DNA of 32,000 bases, taken from positions 180,001 through 212,000 of the forward strand of contig CP076101.2 in assembly GCA_015256915.3 (NCBI GenBank), given 5' to 3'. This document shows positions 17,292 through 24,764 of this stretch, piece after piece. Position 1 is the stretch's first letter; every line of letters starts with the position of its first letter. The notes under the pieces are model-generated. The model was not told where the DNA came from. It did not search any database and worked only from the letters and a program-made list of their open reading frames with translations. This stretch comes from Candidatus Saccharimonas sp. Its GTDB lineage: Bacteria; Patescibacteriota; Saccharimonadia; Saccharimonadales; Saccharimonadaceae. The position numbers were made by a program, and so were the translations under genes.

Positions 17292-17318
17292 AAACTTATC
17301 TTTCAGAACTTATTTTTT

Positions 17319-17347
17319 TTGTTATGCTTGTGCTTTTGTGATATAAT
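17319..17347 (+). promoter_or_regulatory. Promoter for the leaderless ctpA
   Basis: TTGTTA (17319-17324), 17-nt spacer, TGaTATAAT (17339-17347), 7 nt to the ATG at 17355. Confidence 0.6.
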
Positions 17348-17354
17348 GGAATTT

Positions 17355-18536
17355 ATGGATAGAGGTAAAAAAGTTGAACGCTCAACGCTAGTTTTGGTTT
17401 CAGTTTTCATGCTGGTTTTAGGCTTTGCGGGTGGCTCAAGAATAGATGATATTAGAAATTTAATTGCGCCAGTTTTTGGGTTGAAAAAGGTTGAAAGAAT
17501 AGATTTTTCGAATGTCGAAAAAACTTATCAAGCTTTAGCCTCAAATTTTGATGGTGAAATTGATAAACAAAAAATTATTGATGGTGCTTCGAAAGGTTTA
17601 GTTGAAGCGGTGGGAGACAAATATACGGAGTATATGACTTCTAAAGAAGCCGAAGAATTCAATAAGAGCTTAAGTGGTGACGTTGGAACGGGAATTGGTG
17701 TTGAGCTCGCAAAAGATGGCGATTCTGTTAAAGTTGTGCGAGTTTTAGCTAAAAATCCAGCCGAAAGTGCAGGAATTTTAGCAGGCGATGTAATTTCGAA
17801 AGTCAATGGTGAAGATGTTTCGAAAGAAAATACTTCTGAAATTAGCAAAAAAATTCGTGGAGATGCTGGAACAACTGTTAAGATTGGTGTAGTTCGTGGC
17901 AATGAAAAGAAAGAATTCTCAGTAACTCGTGCAAAAATTGAAAATCCAAGCGTAGAACTCACGAAGAAAGACGGCGTTGCAACACTTTCAATTTATCGAT
18001 TTGATAATGAAACTGGTGTTTTGGCGAAAAAATATGCTGAAGAAATTAAAAATGAGGGAATTTCAAAAGTTATTTTAGATTTGCGTGGAAATGGCGGCGG
18101 ATATGTTCAAGCTGCAAAAACTGTTGCGAGCTTGTGGCTTGAAAAAAATGCTTTGATCGTTAGTGAAAAAACTGGTTCAAAAACGGTTGAGGAGATTCGA
18201 GCGACTGGTGACAATCCTTTGAAGGGTACTAAAACTGTAATTCTGCTTGACGGCTCCTCGGCTAGTGCAAGTGAAATCGTTGCAGGCGCTTTAAAAGAAT
18301 ATAAAGCTGCTCAAATTGTTGGTGAAAAATCTTATGGTAAGGGAAGTGTTCAAACTACTATTGATATGCCAAACGGAGCTTTATTGAAAGTTACGATCGC
18401 GAAATGGTTTACGCCAGGTGGAAAAAATATTTCGAATAATGGGATTTCACCAGATATTAAAGTGAGCGCACCAAAGGGCGAAAGTTATTTATTAAACGAT
18501 ATTCAAAAAAACAAGGCGTTAGAAATTTTAAAATAA
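17355..18536 (+). CDS. ctpA: C-terminal processing (S41) peptidase with PDZ domain
   Basis: Start moved to ATG 17355, because the earlier ATGs lie inside the promoter. N-terminal TM anchor; PDZ (GIGVEL...VVRVLAKNPAESAGILAGDVISKVNG); S41 motifs LDLRGNGGGY, DGSSASASEIVAGAL and GEKSYGKGSVQ. Confidence 0.9.
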   Translation: MDRGKKVERSTLVLVSVFMLVLGFAGGSRIDDIRNLIAPVFGLKKVERIDFSNVEKTYQALASNFDGEIDKQKIIDGASKGLVEAVGDKYTEYMTSKEAEEFNKSLSGDVGTGIGVELAKDGDSVKVVRVLAKNPAESAGILAGDVISKVNGEDVSKENTSEISKKIRGDAGTTVKIGVVRGNEKKEFSVTRAKIENPSVELTKKDGVATLSIYRFDNETGVLAKKYAEEIKNEGISKVILDLRGNGGGYVQAAKTVASLWLEKNALIVSEKTGSKTVEEIRATGDNPLKGTKTVILLDGSSASASEIVAGALKEYKAAQIVGEKSYGKGSVQTTIDMPNGALLKVTIAKWFTPGGKNISNNGISPDIKVSAPKGESYLLNDIQKNKALEILK

Positions 18537-18561
18537 TTGCAAGAACTATTTAGGAGGGAAA

Positions 18562-18951
18562 ATGGAAGCAAGAAAAAAGATCTTATTAGTCGAAGATGAT
18601 GAGGTTTTGGCTAGCGTATATCGTGCAAGGCTTGAGATGGAAGATTTTGAAGTTATGGAAGTTCATGACGGCGAGCAAGCGTTGACTGCAGCTTTAAGAT
18701 ATCGTCCAGATTTAATGATTCTTGATGCAATGATGCCAAAAATCTCGGGCTTTGATGTGTTAGATATTCTTAGAAATACTCCTGAAACAATGAATCTGCA
18801 AATTATTATGCTTACTGCTTTAAGCCAAGAAAGTGATCGTGAGCGAGCTGAAAAACTTGGCGTTGATGAATATCTTGTTAAGTCTCAGGTGATGATTTCA
18901 GATGTGATTGAGAAAGTTCGTGAACATTTGGGCATTGGTGAGGATTACTAA
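18562..18951 (+). CDS. Single-domain response regulator (receiver only), orphan
   Basis: SD AGGAGGG at 18552-18558. LLVEDDE, phospho-acceptor LMILDAMMP, MLTAL, and K in YLVKS. No output domain and no adjacent kinase. Confidence 0.85.
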   Translation: MEARKKILLVEDDEVLASVYRARLEMEDFEVMEVHDGEQALTAALRYRPDLMILDAMMPKISGFDVLDILRNTPETMNLQIIMLTALSQESDRERAEKLGVDEYLVKSQVMISDVIEKVREHLGIGEDY

Positions 18952-18975
18952 CAGGTCCAAAATGAGTAAAATAAA

Positions 18976-19008
18976 AAATGAGTCAATCTTTCGAAAGGCT
19001 CATTTTTA
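18976..19008. terminator. Bidirectional terminator hairpin between the convergent regulator and rpmA genes
   Basis: Stem AAATGAGTC/GGCTCATTT with a 12-nt loop containing TTCGAA. A runs on the 5' side and T runs on the 3' side, so it can terminate both strands. Confidence 0.5.
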
Positions 19009-19014
19009 TTGCAA

Positions 19015-19293
19015 TTACGCAGCAACAACTTCTACAACTGTACGTCGTTCTGTCTTGCCAGTAAATTTTCGCTTTTGAATTTGTTTGAACTTCACAACAC
19101 CGTTTTGCTTAGCGTGGATTGTAAAGTTTCGGCTCATGTAAGTTCCTTCACCAGCTAATTTGGTTGCGCCAGTTTGTCGAACGAGAACTTCACCCTCATT
19201 GACTTTTTGACCGCCAAATCGTTTTACGCCTAAGCGTTGGCCAGCGTTATTGTGGATATTCTTACTTGTACCACCAGCTTTAACTTTTGACAT
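19015..19293 (-). CDS. rpmA: 50S ribosomal protein L27
   Basis: MSKVKAGGTSKN...GQRLGVKRFGGQKV..G..LVRQTG is the L27 signature. SD AAGGAG lies 5 nt upstream, inside the preceding gene. Confidence 0.95.
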   Translation of the reverse strand: MSKVKAGGTSKNIHNNAGQRLGVKRFGGQKVNEGEVLVRQTGATKLAGEGTYMSRNFTIHAKQNGVVKFKQIQKRKFTGKTERRTVVEVVAA

Positions 19294-20506
19294 TTTTACT
19301 CCTTATTAGTACTAATAATTCACGCGCCACAACTTGATTTTCGCGATAATATATTAAATCTTGTGGTTTAACGCGCATAAATTCCTTTCTATTATAACCC
19401 AGCTCATTTAAAAAGTCAATAAGTGGAAGGTGAGAAAAATCACCATTTTGTGTTTTCCAGGCAGGAACGGCAATACAAATCTGTGTATCTTCTGGAATTT
19501 GCTGCGATAAATTCTTTAAAAAGTTCGAAATTATACGGTTGCAATTTTCGCGAACTTTTGCTAATTTTTTGGGTGAAGGTGGAGCAGAGAATGGTTGCCC
19601 TAAGTAAGTCTCGCAAACTACACTTGAAAGTTTTTTTGCAAAACTCCATTTTTCAATTGTAGCATCAGCTTCATAAATTTCTCCAAGTTCACCATGCGGT
19701 TTAAACTCTCGCACAAACCAATCACTATTTTCTTTCGAGAACTCCACCATCTTTTCGCTCAAATCTGTCCCGTTTGCTTTAAAACCTTTTAGAAGTGCTT
19801 CTTGAATAACTGTGCCAGTTCCACAAAAAGGATCGAGGATTTCTGGCTTTTCGAAAGTTTTTTTACCAAAAAGTGCTTGAATCTGTGGCTGATTTTCGCC
19901 AACACCGAGATTGATCATTGTTTGAGCGAGTTTTGGCGGCAGCATTCCAACAAAAGCATCACGCTTCGGTCTGTTTTGATCGCGTCTAGCGTAGCTTGTG
20001 ATATTTTGTGCACCTTCACTTAAAGCAATAATTGTTTTTTTGCCGCCACGAACTACTAAAATTTCGATTTTTTTCTCGCTTAAGCCAAGCTTATTATTAT
20101 GCGAAATTGCGGTTGAAAGCTCAGTATTTTTTGAAGGGATTATTCGCACTGAAACGCCGTGATTTTTAAGCTTTTGTTTAATAATTGTTCCAGTTTTCGA
20201 AACTTCGTTTGCCCGAGTTTTTAAGCCATAGGTTGAAATTCCTAGTGTGATTTTTCCGCTAAAATCCGCAAAATCGTGTTCAAAAATTTTGGTTATTTTT
20301 TTTGAAACATCTCGCCAATCCGTTGAATTGACTTCAAAAACAACTTGGCCTGTTTTTAAAATTGAGCCAAAATGCGAAACATTGAGTTTTTCAGTTTCTA
20401 TAAGACAGGCGTAATCGCCAAGCGCATGAATTTTTTCTCCGCTAAAAACGCTTTCGAGTTCGGCAATTCCTATGCTCGGCTGTCGCCCTAAAATTGCAAT
20501 TTTCAT
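19280..20506 (-). CDS. SAM-dependent RNA methyltransferase, Trm11/UPF0020-like (N-terminal THUMP-like region)
   Basis: ARRDQNRPKRDAFVGMLPPKLAQTMINL followed by motif I LDPFCGTGTVIQEA. The motif IV position reads CETYLGQP rather than DPPYG. Overlaps rpmA by 14 nt. Confidence 0.65.
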   Translation of the reverse strand: MKIAILGRQPSIGIAELESVFSGEKIHALGDYACLIETEKLNVSHFGSILKTGQVVFEVNSTDWRDVSKKITKIFEHDFADFSGKITLGISTYGLKTRANEVSKTGTIIKQKLKNHGVSVRIIPSKNTELSTAISHNNKLGLSEKKIEILVVRGGKKTIIALSEGAQNITSYARRDQNRPKRDAFVGMLPPKLAQTMINLGVGENQPQIQALFGKKTFEKPEILDPFCGTGTVIQEALLKGFKANGTDLSEKMVEFSKENSDWFVREFKPHGELGEIYEADATIEKWSFAKKLSSVVCETYLGQPFSAPPSPKKLAKVRENCNRIISNFLKNLSQQIPEDTQICIAVPAWKTQNGDFSHLPLIDFLNELGYNRKEFMRVKPQDLIYYRENQVVARELLVLIRSKNVKS

Positions 20507-20512
20507 TTTAAA

Positions 20513-20541
20513 ATTATAACATAAAATAAGCTTAATATCAA
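20513..20541 (-). promoter_or_regulatory. Promoter for the leaderless methyltransferase-rpmA operon (minus strand)
   Basis: On the minus strand: TTGATA (20541-20536), 17-nt spacer, TGtTATAAT (20521-20513), 6 nt to the ATG at 20506. Confidence 0.6.
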
Positions 20542-20632
20542 AGCAAAAACATATTGATATTTTTTTCGATTAATGATAAAATCAAATAGACATAAGAGTA
20601 ATGGAAATAAGAAAGGTGGAATAAATAAATAA

Positions 20633-21343
20633 ATGCAAGATCTAAAACTCAAAAAGCTTATCTGTCTAGATAAGCCTGCAGAAAACAATTTGGTTTCTGC
20701 AGCTCCATCTCCAACGGATAGAAAAACAGAAACTGTAGCTGCTCAACCAGCTCCAAAAAATATTCAAGCTCCAAACACTGGGGCACAAAACACAACAGGA
20801 ATTATTGCAACGATCCTTGTTCTAGCTCTAATCCTTGGACTAACAACTCTCATTACTTCAAAGCTAGGTAAGAAATCTAAAAAGATTATTCTTTCAATCT
20901 TCATGCTAGCTACAGCTACATTTGGTGGAATTAATGCTTTTTCAAAACTTTCTTACGCCGAAACCCTAGTTGACGGCAAACCTTGCCAAACTACTGGTTA
21001 CACTGACTACGAGGTTGGGGCGAATGTTACTGTGGGCATTAATATTGACGCATCTTACAACAAACCACAGCTTTTCATAAAAGTCAAAGGAACTGGCGAT
21101 CCAGAAAAAGACAAAGCAGCTCTAGCCGCAGAGATTGACAAGCTAAAAGATGACAAGGAATTGCTTAATAGTGTTATAAGAAATTTTAAAGAGAGCAATC
21201 CTACATCAGATATTGTTGCTGAAAAATTTAAAGGAAGATTTAAACAGGACATTTCTAAATCTCCAAAACAAGACGAGGAAAAGCAGATATATCAGATTTA
21301 TGCCGATTTTACAGCTTCCCGAATTTCTCGGCCACCACAATAA
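20633..21343 (+). CDS. Chimeric exported protein: N-terminal Pro-rich stalk + QAPNTG sorting signal fused in frame to a second signal-peptide-like segment and a ~135-aa domain
   Basis: 236-aa ORF. Residues ~20-85 (AAPSPTDRKTETVAAQPAPKNIQAPNTG-AQNTTGIIATILVLALILGLTTLITS-KLGKKSKK) have the layout of a sortase-substrate C-terminus. Next comes IILSIFMLATATFGGINAFSKLSYA/ET, which looks like a signal peptide. A weak SD GGTGG lies 12 nt upstream of the ATG. Confidence 0.6.
   Translation: MQDLKLKKLICLDKPAENNLVSAAPSPTDRKTETVAAQPAPKNIQAPNTGAQNTTGIIATILVLALILGLTTLITSKLGKKSKKIILSIFMLATATFGGINAFSKLSYAETLVDGKPCQTTGYTDYEVGANVTVGINIDASYNKPQLFIKVKGTGDPEKDKAALAAEIDKLKDDKELLNSVIRNFKESNPTSDIVAEKFKGRFKQDISKSPKQDEEKQIYQIYADFTASRISRPPQ
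20763..20781 (+). repeat. 19-nt exact repeat, copy 2 (encodes the QAPNTG sorting motif)
   Basis: TTCAAGCTCCAAACACTGG is identical to 10566-10584. Confidence 0.9.
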
Positions 21344-21360
21344 TCTTAATAACTATCAAA

Positions 21361-21390
21361 AATAGCACCAAAGGGTGTTATTTTTATTTT
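21361..21390 (+). terminator. Rho-independent terminator after the chimeric exported protein gene
   Basis: 9-bp stem AATAGCACC/GGTGTTATT (one G-U pair), loop AAAG, T-rich tail TTTTTATTTT. Confidence 0.65.
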
Positions 21391-21397
21391 GCGTTTA

Positions 21398-21406
21398 TGC
21401 TATAAT
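21398..21406 (+). promoter_or_regulatory. Extended -10 box for the leaderless two-gene cassette
   Basis: TGcTATAAT, 7 nt before the ATG at 21414. Confidence 0.55.
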
Positions 21407-21413
21407 ATATTAC

Positions 21414-22490
21414 ATGGAAGATGAAATTAGAACTGGATATTCAGAAAATACCGAAAACAAACAATACGAAATAGAAGAAAAAAACCACGAGGTTGAATTT
21501 TCTTTAGAGAAAGACGACTCGACTGATATTTTTCAATGGGCGAATTTAACAGATGGAATTAAGGGTGAGCTTGATGTAGAATTTTTCTTATTTAATAAAA
21601 ATTTTGTGCCTTTTACAACTAGTTTTTCAAGCGAATTGAACTCGCAAATTAAGCCGTTGTTTTTGTTTGATATGATTAATTTCGTAAATATGGGTGCAGG
21701 AACTGGTTTGAGCGTGCGAGACTATGAAATGGATGGTGGCGCGGGCAAAGATGTGCTTTTAAAAACTGAACTACAAAAAGTTCAACACGCTAATGCGCTA
21801 TTAAATATAATTGAAACGCAATATTCCGACATTGTGGAATTTAATGAAAACGAACATGATTTTAAGCGGATTAAAGGAATTTTGGCAAGGTTTACAAATT
21901 CGAAAGGCGAGAAATTTTATGTTGCTAAACAAATTATGCAAGGGCAGGTTTTGCGCGGAGCAACAGCTTGGGAATTTCGAAATGGTAAATTTGGTGCATT
22001 TGAGCCTGAATTTGGTTTAAAAATCCAGCCAGATAATCAAGTTTTGATCGTAAATAATGATATTTTTATTTTCAATCAAGGAAAATTTGAAAAACTCTTT
22101 AATTACGATTATAAAAAACAAGTTTTAGCTGATAAAAAAGTTTTGGAAATCGAAAGAAAGTATAAATTGAGTTTTCCTGATGGTTTAGATTTGCAAACTT
22201 TGGTTCGCGAGCATAAAAAGGCTGCTACGAAATTACAAAAAATGGATGAAATTGGTGAAATTTCGCAAGAAAAAGTGGTTGAATACGCCGATGAAATGCA
22301 GCTTGAATTAATGACGGACGACAACGGTGCAATCATTATTATGGATAGTAACGATTTAGATATGTTCGTGAATTTAATTAATGAAGATTACATCTTGAGC
22401 GAAATCACTGGTCGCCGTTATGAAATTAAAAGCAAAAAGTTGCTCGACGACCCAGAAGGTGAACCGCCACGAATGATCGGAAGCGAGTAG
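21414..22490 (+). CDS. Uncharacterised 358-aa cytoplasmic protein (possibly DUF4868/KwaB-like; unverified)
   Basis: Start moved to ATG 21414, because the listed 21375 start lies inside the terminator and promoter. Acidic N-terminal ~45 aa; no TM helix and no catalytic motif that I recognise. The C-terminal half (..VLIVNNDIFIFNQGKFEKLFNYDYKK.. ; ..LINEDYILSEITGRRYEIKSKK) resembles my memory of the DUF4868 layout. Confidence 0.8.
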   Translation: MEDEIRTGYSENTENKQYEIEEKNHEVEFSLEKDDSTDIFQWANLTDGIKGELDVEFFLFNKNFVPFTTSFSSELNSQIKPLFLFDMINFVNMGAGTGLSVRDYEMDGGAGKDVLLKTELQKVQHANALLNIIETQYSDIVEFNENEHDFKRIKGILARFTNSKGEKFYVAKQIMQGQVLRGATAWEFRNGKFGAFEPEFGLKIQPDNQVLIVNNDIFIFNQGKFEKLFNYDYKKQVLADKKVLEIERKYKLSFPDGLDLQTLVREHKKAATKLQKMDEIGEISQEKVVEYADEMQLELMTDDNGAIIIMDSNDLDMFVNLINEDYILSEITGRRYEIKSKKLLDDPEGEPPRMIGSE

Positions 22491-22499
22491 TTTTCGAAA

Positions 22500-24047
22500 A
22501 TGAAGCAAGCGTTAGCACTAGAGATTATGCTCTCAGGCGAAAATGTTTTTTTAACTGGTGCAGCGGGAAGTGGAAAAACTTTCACACTTAACCAGTTTAT
22601 TAAGCTTGCAAAAAATTCTGGAAAAAAGGTTAGCGTTACGGCTACCACTGGTTTAGCGGCAACTCATCTTGGAGGAAACACTATTCACGCTTGGAGCGGA
22701 ATTGGAATTTATGATTATCTTTCGAAAAAATTTTTTGAAAAATTCCCAAAAACGCGGGCTGAAATTATTAAAAATACAGATATTCTGGTTGTTGATGAAA
22801 TTTCTATGTTGCATGATTTTCGACTAGACATGGTTGAAGAAATTTGTCGCACAATTCGCCAAAATGATAAACCTTTCGGTGGAATTCAGATAATTTTATG
22901 TGGTGATTTTTTTCAGCTACCGCCAATTAACCGAGCTGGTGGGCGAACTGGTGGTTTTGCGATTCATTCGAATGCCTGGAAGCTTGCCAAATTTACGATT
23001 TGCTATCTTGAGGAAAATCACCGTCAAAAAAATGATGAACTATCTGAAATTTTAAACGCACTTAGAGCGGATGATTTACGTCGAAAGCACGCTCAAAGTT
23101 TGCTTGATCGCATTGATGTTGAGCTCAGTTTTAAAAGTGATGATTTTTCGAAAAACTTAACCGAACTCCACACTACTAATATAGATGTTGATAAAATAAA
23201 TGAACAAAAACTTACCGAACTTGAAGGTGAGGAGTTTCATTTTGCGCAAACCACAACTGGTGCGAAAAACTATATTGAAACTTTACAGAAGTCTGTTCTT
23301 GCGCCGGAACTATTGCGACTCAAAAAAGGTGCTTTAGTGATGGCAGTAAAAAATGCCCAAAACCGCCAATACGTGAACGGTTCAATTGGAGAAGTTATTG
23401 ATTTTGAAAGATCAACAGATTACCCAATTGTTCAATTTCGAAATGGCAAAATTATTACAATGGTGCCAGAAACTTGGGAGATGCGTGATGGTGAAAAAAA
23501 GCGAGCAAGTATTATGCAAATTCCACTCCGGCTGGCATATGCAATTACGGTTCATAAAAGTCAAGGAATGACACTCGATGCCGCTCGAATCGACCTTCGA
23601 AAAGCCTTTTCTGAAGGAATGGGTTATGTGGCACTTTCTCGTGTTCGCTCTCTTGATAGACTTTATTTGCTTGGAATAAATCGCACTGCTTTGATGGTTA
23701 GTGAAGAAGCGCGGAAGATTGATTTTATACTTAAAAATGAAAGTTTAAAAGCCGAAAAGCGTTTTTCGCACTTAAAAGAAGTTGCTAAAAAGCGTGAAGC
23801 AGGCGAAATTGTTGAGGTACAACCATCAAAAACAACTTGGGCTGAAAAGCTTGAAAAAATGCGGCAAGAATATCCAAATGCGTATCGTGCGTGGAGACTT
23901 GTTGATGATTCGAAATTACAAGAAATGGTTTTCGAAAATGGCAAAATTGATGCAGATTTAATTGCTAAATTGAGTAAAGAACTAGGCCGTCACAAAGGCT
24001 CGATTGTAGCTCGCATAAAAAAACTCTTTGGCGAAGATGCTATATAA
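22500..24047 (+). CDS. Pif1/RecD-family SF1B DNA helicase with a C-terminal HTH-like extension
   Basis: Motif I GAAGSGKT, Ia TATTGLAA, II LVVDEISM, III ILCGDFFQLPP; late motifs AITVHKSQGMT and GYVALSRVRS. About 110 aa extra at the C-terminus (..YRAWRLVDDSKLQEM....IAKLSKELGRHKGSIVARIKKL). Starts 9 nt after the upstream gene. Confidence 0.9.
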   Translation: MKQALALEIMLSGENVFLTGAAGSGKTFTLNQFIKLAKNSGKKVSVTATTGLAATHLGGNTIHAWSGIGIYDYLSKKFFEKFPKTRAEIIKNTDILVVDEISMLHDFRLDMVEEICRTIRQNDKPFGGIQIILCGDFFQLPPINRAGGRTGGFAIHSNAWKLAKFTICYLEENHRQKNDELSEILNALRADDLRRKHAQSLLDRIDVELSFKSDDFSKNLTELHTTNIDVDKINEQKLTELEGEEFHFAQTTTGAKNYIETLQKSVLAPELLRLKKGALVMAVKNAQNRQYVNGSIGEVIDFERSTDYPIVQFRNGKIITMVPETWEMRDGEKKRASIMQIPLRLAYAITVHKSQGMTLDAARIDLRKAFSEGMGYVALSRVRSLDRLYLLGINRTALMVSEEARKIDFILKNESLKAEKRFSHLKEVAKKREAGEIVEVQPSKTTWAEKLEKMRQEYPNAYRAWRLVDDSKLQEMVFENGKIDADLIAKLSKELGRHKGSIVARIKKLFGEDAI

Positions 24048-24088
24048 AGTAGATTTTTAGTTAATTTATTTTAAAATTAATTGAGTGC

Positions 24089-24125
24089 AAAAGACTTTCG
24101 AAAATTCGAGAGTCTTTTAGTTTTG
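24089..24125 (+). terminator. Strong terminator after the helicase gene
   Basis: AAAAGACT/AGTCTTTT outer stem, extended by inner TTCGAA/TTCGAG pairing, then a T-rich tail. Confidence 0.75.
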
Positions 24126-24286
24126 ATTATTTTTATGGAATAGTAAGGCTAAAGGCTCAAAAATATGAAAACAATAAAATAGTGAAATGTCAAAAAATAA
24201 AATAAAATAAAACTATGCAATGTCAAGCGAACAAAATATTGGCAGAGGGTTTTGAAATGTTTTAAAATAATTTAGCATAAAAGCTA

Positions 24287-24315
24287 TTGACTTTTTAAAA
24301 AACTTATGCTATTAT
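24287..24315 (+). promoter_or_regulatory. Promoter of the lysine-rich small membrane protein gene
   Basis: TTGACT (24287-24292), 17-nt spacer, TGcTATTAT (24307-24315). About a 50-nt leader, with AAGGA 5 nt before the ATG at 24372. Confidence 0.55.
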
Positions 24316-24371
24316 ATAAACATAAAAAACAATTAAGATCAAATAAGTCAAATAAACAAAAAAGGAAAAAA

Positions 24372-24677
24372 ATGACAAAAAAACAAACAGAAACAAAAAT
24401 TGCTAAAAAAACTACAGCTAAAAAAGTTGCTGAAAAAACTACAAAAGTTTCAAAAAAAGAGCAAGATATTAAAAAAGCTAAAACTTTGCTTACAAATAAT
24501 GGAATTATTATCGCTGAAGATGGAACAGTAGTGGTTGACCAAGTTACGCAAGATTTTCGAAGTGCAGTTTTAGTTCTTTCACTTGCAATCAATCTTGTTG
24601 TATTTGTAACATATTTGATTCTAATGTCTACAACAAAATATGATACTGCATTAATTAGCGCATTATTGCCACGATAA
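24372..24677 (+). CDS. Small (101 aa) protein: lysine-rich N-terminal tail + single C-terminal TM helix
   Basis: Start moved to ATG 24372. MTKKQTETKIAKKTTAKKVAEKTTKVSKKEQDIKKAK (histone-H1-like composition), then a short domain and the TM helix AVLVLSLAINLVVFVTYLILM. Confidence 0.65.
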   Translation: MTKKQTETKIAKKTTAKKVAEKTTKVSKKEQDIKKAKTLLTNNGIIIAEDGTVVVDQVTQDFRSAVLVLSLAINLVVFVTYLILMSTTKYDTALISALLPR

Positions 24678-24705
24678 ATTAGTTTTCAACAATTAAACAC
24701 AAGCA

Positions 24706-24764
24706 TTGTGGAAAAGCGGGGAATATCTGTTAAAAGGCTTGCTTTTCCACATAGTTGTGGAAAA
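24706..24764 (+). repeat. Three GTGGAAAA boxes (two direct TTGTGGAAAA copies flanking one inverted copy)
   Basis: TTGTGGAAAA at 24706-24715 and at 24755-24764. GCTTTTCCAC at 24741-24750 forms a 10-bp inverted repeat with GTGGAAAAGC at 24708-24717. Confidence 0.6.

Noticed and set aside
20503-20688. 61-aa minus-strand ORF in the divergent promoter region.
   Set aside because: It overlaps both the methyltransferase start and promoter and the start of the plus-strand gene. The sequence is a hydrophobic low-complexity product of AT-rich DNA.
24190-24225. Short A-rich repeats ((AAAAT)3, and AATGTCAA twice), considered as a CRISPR or other repeat array.
   Set aside because: The units are too short, there are only 2-3 copies, and there is no spacer structure. 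This is ordinary low-complexity AT-rich intergenic DNA.
24284-24592. 102-aa minus-strand hydrophobic ORF.
   Set aside because: It is the complement of the lysine-rich (AAA/AAG-rich) gene, so the Phe/Leu-rich reading is a mirror artefact. The plus-strand gene has the promoter and the SD-like AAGGA.
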